Source: a virus | Lineage: Duplodnaviria; Caudoviricetes | Length of the DNA: 27,692 bases | IMG/VR virus record: IMGVR_UViG_3300049180_000012 | Location: 1 to 27,692 of that record | Direction: 5' to 3' (one strand) | The notes under the pieces: model-generated | The model's input: the letters and a program-made list of their open reading frames with translations, nothing else | What the model was told of the DNA's origin: nothing | Database searches by the model: none | Program-made: the position numbers and the translations under genes | Shown here: positions 21,856 to 27,692 of the stretch, piece after piece | Layout of the letters: each line of letters begins with the position of its first letter | Numbering within the stretch: position 1 is the stretch's first letter

Positions 21856-22535
21856 TGGCTGGATTGTTGGGCGAACCACTTGGCGGCGGATGGCGACGTC
21901 CTCCGCCCTACGAGACCATCGCGGATGAGCAGGCAGCGGCTATGGCTCCCCGGCGGGGGCTTGCTGACCTCTTTTCGCAGCATGCGACCACTGCGACGCG
22001 CTCTGTTATGCCAGGCGATCAACCCGGCATGCCTGAAATGCCGACCAATATCAGGCAGCCGAAAGCTTTTGGCCGTGGCGGCAAGGGCTGGCAGATCGTG
22101 GGCCTCATCGGCGACGCGCTGCAGGCGGCTGGTGGCGGGAAAGGCACTTATTTGCCGTATATCGCCGAGCAGCAGCAGATGGAAAGCCGGGCGCGCGAAA
22201 AGCTGCTGGAGATCATCGAGGCGCGCCGCCAGAAGGCCGAAGACCGCACGGCCGCGCTTGAGGACTGGAAGGTCAAGGAGCAGTGGCAGCGTGATAATCC
22301 GGCTCCTGTCTCCGACGCGCGCACTCTCGAATGGTGGCAGAGCCTGCCCGAGGACCAGAAGCGCGCATATGCTGAGATGCAGGACGTGCGACAGCCGATC
22401 GCGGTGACTGGCCCTCAGGGGACCGAAAGGGTCCCGCGCATGTACGGCAGGCCGTCTGGCAGACCACAATTTCAGGACGTGGATGGTCGCAAGGTCGTCA
22501 ACATCGGTGGCCAATGGTATGAGGTGACGGAATAA
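21855..22535 (+). CDS. Putative DNA ejection protein 2
   Basis: TGATG coupling; MAGLLG start; amphipathic and coiled-coil segments. Confidence 0.65.
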   Translation: MAGLLGEPLGGGWRRPPPYETIADEQAAAMAPRRGLADLFSQHATTATRSVMPGDQPGMPEMPTNIRQPKAFGRGGKGWQIVGLIGDALQAAGGGKGTYLPYIAEQQQMESRAREKLLEIIEARRQKAEDRTAALEDWKVKEQWQRDNPAPVSDARTLEWWQSLPEDQKRAYAEMQDVRQPIAVTGPQGTERVPRMYGRPSGRPQFQDVDGRKVVNIGGQWYEVTE

Positions 22536-23191
22536 TGGCGCTCCGGCCTGTCAGCGATCCCGCACTTCTCGCCAAGCTCAATGCGATGGGCGACGGCGGT
22601 AGCCCGCAGCCGGTCCAGATCGCGCCTCCCAACCCGAAATTGCCGTTGGAAGTGCAGGGCGCGCAGCTCGGGAACCAGCGGGCCGCGCAGCAGATACAGG
22701 CCGACCGCCAGCTCCTGCCGCTTCAGGTCCAGAAGGCGCAGGCAGACGCTGCCAAGGCTCAAGCTGAGGCACGCGAGAAATCCGGCCTAGATCCACAGAA
22801 GCTCGCGAATATCCGGGCCGCGCAGTCCCAGATAGACAGGCTGAACAATCTCTTCGTGAAAGGCCCCGGTGCAACGAAGGGCATTTCTAGCCTGCTGGAT
22901 TTCCTGCCCAGCTCGTCCAACGCTCAATTTGATACGGCCGGGGCTGGGCTCGGCGAGGTTGGGCTGGCGGCGTTTCGCGTGCCTGGGGTCGGCAGCCAGT
23001 CGGATGCTGAGCTTAGGGCGTTTGTGGACGCAAACAGGCCACGGGCGTCTGATTTCGACGCGCGGATAAAGGAGAAGCTGCGTAATCTGCAAAGCCGCCT
23101 CGACCAGACCTATTCCGCCTATGGTATGAAAAGGCAATCTGGTGCGCCGGCTAAGCGCAAGGTCATCAACTTCTCGGACTTGCCGGAGTAA
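22535..23191 (+). CDS. Putative DNA ejection protein 3
   Basis: TAATG coupling; Q/A-rich, G.GSQSDAE motif. Confidence 0.65.
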   Translation: MALRPVSDPALLAKLNAMGDGGSPQPVQIAPPNPKLPLEVQGAQLGNQRAAQQIQADRQLLPLQVQKAQADAAKAQAEAREKSGLDPQKLANIRAAQSQIDRLNNLFVKGPGATKGISSLLDFLPSSSNAQFDTAGAGLGEVGLAAFRVPGVGSQSDAELRAFVDANRPRASDFDARIKEKLRNLQSRLDQTYSAYGMKRQSGAPAKRKVINFSDLPE

Positions 23192-23194
23192 TCG

Positions 23195-24715
23195 ATGGTC
23201 GATGTCCGTATGCCTGACGGCACGCTAATCAAGGATGTGCCGGAGGGCATTACGCGCTCGCAGCTCCAGGCGCGCGTGGACATGATGAATCGCCCGAAGG
23301 GGTACAATGAGACAGGAGTCTCGCAGGGCCTCTCCGGTGTGAACAAAGGTGTCGCGTCGACCCTCGGCTTCCCCGTCGATGTCGCCAATATGGCGCTCGG
23401 CGCGGGCGCGGCTGGGATAAACGCCATCACTGGCTCGAAGCTGGCAGCTCCCGACAAGCCGGTCATGGGTAGCGATTGGATCGCTAGCAACCTCGAGAAA
23501 ATCGGTTCGATAGGTCCAGAAAGCCCCGCCCCGAGCAACAAGTTCATCCGCAGGGTGGGCGAAAGCGTCGGCGCGGCTTCTGTCCCCATCGCCGGGACCG
23601 CGGGCTCTCTGTCCACGGCTCTCCGGGCCTTTATTCCTGCCGTTGCCGGCGGTGCTGGGGCTGCCACAGCTAAGGAGATCGCGCCGAACAATCCGTGGGC
23701 GGAACTGGTCGGGGAAACGATCGGTTCACTCGTCGGCGGCGTGCCCACCTATCTCTCCGCCAAGCGGGCTGCGCGTTCGGCCCAGGCTGCAAAGGTGCCG
23801 ACGATACCAGACCTCAAGAAACAGGCGTCCAGCCTGTACGCTGCGGCCGAACAGAATGGAGTCCGCGCGAACCAGGCGCAGACCCAGAAACTTGCCGACA
23901 CAATCCGCAGGATTGCCCAGGAAGAGGGCCTGATCAGCCCGACGGGGCGCGTTTCTGACGCCTATCCTAAGGCGAAGGAGGCCCTCCAGCTTACGGGCGA
24001 CTATGCGCAGGGGGAAATGACTCCGAAGCAGATGCAGACGGTGCGAAAGGTGTTGTCTGAGGCTGCGCGCAATAATGATGATTCGGAACGGCGCATCGCC
24101 ATGCGGATGCTGGAGGAGTTCGACGACTGGACCGCGCCGCTATCCCCGGAGCTGGCTAAAGCTCGTGGTGTCGCCCGACGCTATATCAATGCAGGCAAGC
24201 TGGAAGAGGCGAAGGAACTGGCGGGAGCGCGGGCTGGTCAATTCTCCGGTTCGGGCTACGAAAATGCGCTACGCACTGAGTATCGCAATCTCGATCGCAA
24301 GATCATCAAGGGAGACGAGCGTGGCTTTACGCCGGATACCGTGGAGGCGGTACAAGATGTGGCGCGGGGCACCAAAGGATCAAACGCCGCCCGGTTTGTA
24401 GGGAAATTAGCCCCCACCGGCCCGGTGAGCGCATCTGCGAGCTTTGGCGTGCCATTCGGCGTTGGAAACGCAGTTGGCGGCCCTGTCGCGGGCGGCGTCA
24501 TGGCCGTGGCAACGCCTACGGCGGGCCTGCTTGGCCGCCACATCGCCACGAGGATGGGTATCAGCAATGCTGGATTGGCCGAACTTATCGCCCGGAACGG
24601 CGGCAAGCTGCCGAACGCGATGGTCTTCACGCCTGAGGTGCAGCGCCTAATCGCCGCACAATCGGCCGGCCAGCTTGCGCCCTATCTACGCAAACCAGAG
24701 GAAAAGCGCCCCTAG
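23195..24715 (+). CDS. Putative DNA ejection protein 4 (P22 gp16-like position)
   Basis: GGAG SD; 506 aa, Ala/Gly-rich membrane-prone segments around a helical core. Confidence 0.7.
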   Translation: MVDVRMPDGTLIKDVPEGITRSQLQARVDMMNRPKGYNETGVSQGLSGVNKGVASTLGFPVDVANMALGAGAAGINAITGSKLAAPDKPVMGSDWIASNLEKIGSIGPESPAPSNKFIRRVGESVGAASVPIAGTAGSLSTALRAFIPAVAGGAGAATAKEIAPNNPWAELVGETIGSLVGGVPTYLSAKRAARSAQAAKVPTIPDLKKQASSLYAAAEQNGVRANQAQTQKLADTIRRIAQEEGLISPTGRVSDAYPKAKEALQLTGDYAQGEMTPKQMQTVRKVLSEAARNNDDSERRIAMRMLEEFDDWTAPLSPELAKARGVARRYINAGKLEEAKELAGARAGQFSGSGYENALRTEYRNLDRKIIKGDERGFTPDTVEAVQDVARGTKGSNAARFVGKLAPTGPVSASASFGVPFGVGNAVGGPVAGGVMAVATPTAGLLGRHIATRMGISNAGLAELIARNGGKLPNAMVFTPEVQRLIAAQSAGQLAPYLRKPEEKRP

Positions 24716-24823
24716 AAGGCTGAAGATCCACCAGCCGATATCCGGACTGATAAAATGACGCTTGCGCCTCTGGCTGGCCTCCAGCCGGGACAGGCGTTTC
24801 TCCACGTCGAACGGGTCACTCAT
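24686..24823 (-). CDS. Antisense membrane micro-protein, 45 aa (MSDPFDVEKRLSRLEASQRRKRHFISPDIGWWIFSLLGALFLWFA); candidate superinfection exclusion factor
   Basis: Not in track; GAAAGG upstream; clean C-terminal TM helix; convergent with the last ejection gene. Confidence 0.65.
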   Translation of the reverse strand: MSDPFDVEKRLSRLEASQRRKRHFISPDIGWWIFSLLGALFLWFA

Positions 24824-24857
24824 CCGACCTTTCTAACCGATCCCGAACCTTCTTTCC

Positions 24858-24883
24858 AGCCCGCCCATCCGGCGGGCTTTTTT
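24858..24883 (+). terminator. Rho-independent terminator after the ejection genes
   Basis: AGCCCGCC-CATCC-GGCGGGCT followed by TTTTT. Confidence 0.85.
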
Positions 24884-24902
24884 GCGTCCACAGGAGGCTC
24901 CC

Positions 24903-25508
24903 ATCGCTGACATTTTCGACTGGAGTTCCACCCCATCGGGGAACTCGACGGTGGACGGCATCAACATCAGCACCGGCATGGATGTTGGCAATGTTGATAA
25001 CGCCCTGCGCTCCATCATGGCAGGCGTCCGCAACAGCTTTTCCGCGACGCTGGAGAGTTTCCTTAACGGAGGGTCCGCGCTAGCCCTCTCAAGCGGTGGC
25101 ACGGGTGCGACAACCGCCGCGGATGCTCGGTCGAACCTCGGCCTTAGCTCGCTGGCTACGGCGACAACGGCCCCGATCGCGAACGGTGGCACGGGTGCGA
25201 CAACCGCTGCCGGCGCATTCACCAATATCGCCATAAGCGCGGTCAGCCTGGCGAGCCCTGGATACATCAAATTCATCAATAATCTGACGGTCCAATGGGG
25301 CAGCGGAAGCGTCGGGGCGGTCAGCTTCCCGGTTTCCATGCCCACTGCTGCGGGAACGGTGGTGATCAGCCCGCGTGCAGGGCCTTCCGACAGCGATGAG
25401 GCGGACGAAGGCCTCTACGTGTCCGCCCTCAGCGCGACCGGGTTCACGGTGAGCGCTTACGGCGATGGGGCGTCTGGCACCTTCTATTGGCTGGCTGTGG
25501 GGTACTGA
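24903..25508 (+). CDS. Short tail fibre protein (apparent ATC start)
   Basis: GGAGG 5 nt before ATC-GCT-GAC; two GGTGATTA repeats; C-terminal GYIK...TVQWG...FP...YWLAVGY fibre domain. Confidence 0.8.
   Translation: MADIFDWSSTPSGNSTVDGINISTGMDVGNVDNALRSIMAGVRNSFSATLESFLNGGSALALSSGGTGATTAADARSNLGLSSLATATTAPIANGGTGATTAAGAFTNIAISAVSLASPGYIKFINNLTVQWGSGSVGAVSFPVSMPTAAGTVVISPRAGPSDSDEADEGLYVSALSATGFTVSAYGDGASGTFYWLAVGY
25094..25207 (+). repeat. 24-bp perfect direct repeat CGGTGGCACGGGTGCGACAACCGC (25094 and 25184)
   Basis: Encodes GGTGATTA twice, 90 bp apart, identical even at synonymous positions. Confidence 0.85.
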
Positions 25509-25511
25509 TCG

Positions 25512-27212
25512 ATGACGACGACAATCACCCTTCGCAGCGTCAAGGGTTCTCCGCTGACCCACCAGGAAGTCGATGACAACTTCTCCAATCTGAAGGAGAC
25601 CGCCGACAACGCCTTGGATGCGGTCGCCGGGATCGGCGGGAAGGCAAACGCATCCGCTATCGGTGTTGATGATTCCGCCTCCAACATGGGCACCTACACG
25701 GGCTCGACTATCCCCGACAACGGGACGGTAAAGCAGAATATCCAATCCCTGGAAACGGCAGTTGAAGCGCGCGCGGTTGCGGCGACCTTGGCCGCTTCTG
25801 GCGGCGCTGCCTTGGTCGGCTACACCCCCGCGGATGGCGGCGCAGTTGTAACCGTCCAGACCGCCCTCCGCGCCCGCGTCTATGCCAAGAAGGATTTCCA
25901 CGCGGTCGGCGATGGCGTTGCTGATGACAGCACGGCGCTCCGGGCTGGCGCTACCTATGCCGCCGCGAACAACTGCGATTTCGTTCTTGAGGCTGGTAAT
26001 TACAAAGCCTCGGCGATGGCGATCACCAGCTACACCGGCAACGGCTGCGGGATCATCGGTGAGAGCGCTACAATCACCCTAGCCGCGAACGAAACCGGCC
26101 TCACGATCACGGACAGCCTGAACGTCCACGTCTCTGGGATAAAGTTCAAGAGCGCTGCGATTTCGGGCGCGTCCCAGATCGGGATCAAGGTCGTCAATTC
26201 GGGGCGCATCGATCTCCGATGCTCTTATGAGGCGCTGACCTACGGGGAATATTGGGCCTCGTCCGCCACTGGACTGGCTACAGGCGCTTATCCGATCCCG
26301 TCGCGGACAATGCCAACGGTCAAGGCGTGTGCTGCCGGCGTCTATTGCGCACCGACCGCCGAATATATCGATATCGTCAGCCCCAACATCACCGATTGCA
26401 CGCTCTACGGGATCTTGAGCGATGCCGGCAACGTCAAGACTCTGGGCGGCACAGTCTCGGGCAATGACATCGGCATCGTCTACGACGGCTCCAACTCGTC
26501 GAATGGCGACCATGGCGCGATCGTCGGCGTCACGGTCAACCACAATGCCAAAGCGAACATCTATCTCCACGATCTCGACTATTCGATGCTCGTCACTGGG
26601 TGCCAGATCTGGGCGGCGATTGCGACCAACTTCGGGGCCGGTGCGCTGGCGACGAGCTTCGGCATCTACCTGGCCAACGCGAAGAACGTCAATATCACCG
26701 GCAACACGATCGCGAACAGCAAGGTCAATCTGGGCCACGACGGCCTGACCTATTCGATCATCGGGCAGAACACGTTCATCGCGGACAGCGCTCGCACGAC
26801 GCACAACATCAAGGCGATCAGCGCGCTATCGATCACGACCAAGACGCCGCACAACATCTTCGAAGGAACGCTGGTCGCCGCGGCGAACAACAATGACCCG
26901 GAGCAGCTTTATGCCCCGACGCTGGCGGGCGCATGGGTCAACTTCAATGCGGCGACCTATAAATCGGCTGGATACTGGCGTGATGCGAATGGCGTCGTCC
27001 ACCTGCAAGGGGTGGTGAAAGACGGCACAATAGACACCACGATCTTCACGCTACCGAACGGCTTTCGCCCGGCAACCATCGTAGTCATCGCGACCGTCTC
27101 AAATGCGCTGTTCGGCTACATCCAGATAAACACCGATGGGACGGTTGTCCCGAAGGTCGGCAACAATGCCTGGGTTTCGCTCGAAGGCATCACCTTTAAG
27201 GCGGAAAACTGA
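25512..27212 (+). CDS. Tailspike with pectate-lyase-like right-handed beta-helix (putative depolymerase)
   Basis: DFHAVGDGVADDSTAL helix cap, N/I/G-rich beta-helix repeats, C-terminal GVVHLQG...IFTLPNGFRP domain. Confidence 0.88.
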   Translation: MTTTITLRSVKGSPLTHQEVDDNFSNLKETADNALDAVAGIGGKANASAIGVDDSASNMGTYTGSTIPDNGTVKQNIQSLETAVEARAVAATLAASGGAALVGYTPADGGAVVTVQTALRARVYAKKDFHAVGDGVADDSTALRAGATYAAANNCDFVLEAGNYKASAMAITSYTGNGCGIIGESATITLAANETGLTITDSLNVHVSGIKFKSAAISGASQIGIKVVNSGRIDLRCSYEALTYGEYWASSATGLATGAYPIPSRTMPTVKACAAGVYCAPTAEYIDIVSPNITDCTLYGILSDAGNVKTLGGTVSGNDIGIVYDGSNSSNGDHGAIVGVTVNHNAKANIYLHDLDYSMLVTGCQIWAAIATNFGAGALATSFGIYLANAKNVNITGNTIANSKVNLGHDGLTYSIIGQNTFIADSARTTHNIKAISALSITTKTPHNIFEGTLVAAANNNDPEQLYAPTLAGAWVNFNAATYKSAGYWRDANGVVHLQGVVKDGTIDTTIFTLPNGFRPATIVVIATVSNALFGYIQINTDGTVVPKVGNNAWVSLEGITFKAEN

Positions 27213-27517
27213 TGCCTCAGAGTGCAATCTCAGCCGCTCTCCACGCTGCGGCGACGGCAAATCTAATATTGCCGATCGTCAAAGCAGCTGGCGCACTCGT
27301 TTTCGCCGGGCTCAGTTTTGGCTCCGCACGTAGCGCACTCGCCGCGCACCGCGCACTCCACATTGCGCTTGTGCGACGCGGCGATGACACGCGCCAGCGC
27401 CGCAAGGCCGCGCAAGGGGGCGTGAAATATCGTCATGACAGCGGCGTTCATGTCAGCCGTATCAGCCAAAGCGGGCATCGCGGCAAGCGAAAAGCTCTTA
27501 GCCCGGTGGCCTCGTGA
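27212..27517 (+). CDS. Doubtful bridging ORF antisense to the Zn-ribbon gene
   Basis: TGATG overlaps at both ends but shadow-like composition. Confidence 0.3.
   Translation: MPQSAISAALHAAATANLILPIVKAAGALVFAGLSFGSARSALAAHRALHIALVRRGDDTRQRRKAAQGGVKYRHDSGVHVSRISQSGHRGKRKALSPVAS
27263..27451 (-). CDS. Antisense zinc-ribbon micro-protein, 62 aa
   Basis: CATC-x10-CASC motif; own promoter-like sequence upstream. Confidence 0.6.
   Translation of the reverse strand: MNAAVMTIFHAPLRGLAALARVIAASHKRNVECAVRGECATCGAKTEPGENECASCFDDRQY
27458..27486 (-). promoter_or_regulatory. Putative promoter of the Zn-ribbon gene (TTGCCG-17 bp-GATACG)
   Basis: Canonical spacing; ATG 27451 lies 6 nt after the -10 box, the same geometry as cro. 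Confidence 0.5.
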
Positions 27518-27692
27518 TGACAGCCAACCTGCCCGTCTGGGCCAACATCATCATCGCCGTTGTCGGCGTCATCGGAACGGCGGGTATCGGGGGAATGCTA
27601 AAAACGCTTTTGGATCACAAGCGTGGGGTGCGGGCGCAGAGCGACGGTGTGGCGCTGGATCTGGTCAAGCAACTGAGCGAGCGGGTCAAGAC
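27517..27692 (+). CDS. Holin-like membrane protein, partial (MTANLPVWANIIIAVVGVIGTAGIGGMLK...)
   Basis: N-terminal TM helix then coiled coil; lysis-cassette position after the tailspike; runs off the window. Confidence 0.6.
   Translation, partial: MTANLPVWANIIIAVVGVIGTAGIGGMLKTLLDHKRGVRAQSDGVALDLVKQLSERVK

Larger units (their letters stand above)
1..27692. mobile_element. Temperate phage/prophage (lambdoid layout, P22-like podovirus structural module), truncated at both ends
   Basis: Divergent cI/cro switch, leftward recombination genes, rightward replication, then terminase-portal-scaffold-capsid-ejection-tailspike-holin order; no host housekeeping genes in the window. Confidence 0.97.

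Noticed and set aside
1-27692. Integrase/att site, tRNA, reverse transcriptase/DGR, known defence operons
   Set aside because: No supporting motifs seen by eye; integration and the rest of the lysis module presumably lie outside the window

Overview
The whole window (about 27.7 kb, GC-rich) is one continuous temperate phage or prophage with lambdoid organisation and P22-like podovirus morphogenesis genes. The host is most likely an alphaproteobacterium; this is inferred from the GcrA-like gene, the gene set and the GC content. The left arm (1-5049, minus strand) carries small accessory genes and a recombination module (ERF annealase, YqaJ exonuclease, SSB-like protein, DUF968-like protein, NinB). 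The immunity region (5082-5866) has a short XRE repressor, Cro, mirror-image PL/PR promoters and five 19-bp operator-like sites. The right early operon holds a CII-like HTH, a GcrA-like multi-HTH, RusA, a GIY-YIG protein, a replication initiator with internal iterons, and a Q-position regulator followed by a pR'/tR'-like unit. The late operon encodes TerS, PBSX-type TerL, P22-like portal, scaffold, N4-gp56-type capsid, decoration protein, adaptor, tail nozzle, four ejection-type proteins, tail fibre, a beta-helix tailspike and the start of a holin-like gene. No integrase, att site, tRNA or CRISPR array is visible, and both ends are truncated. The most notable unexplained signals are a highly structured ~210-nt RNA-like element with three repeated bulged hairpins in front of the scaffold gene, three antisense micro-genes (two fully overlapped by translationally coupled plus-strand ORFs), an apparent ATC start codon for the tail fibre gene, and a gene flanked by 15-bp RBS/start direct repeats. 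All family assignments come from motif recognition by eye, not database searches.
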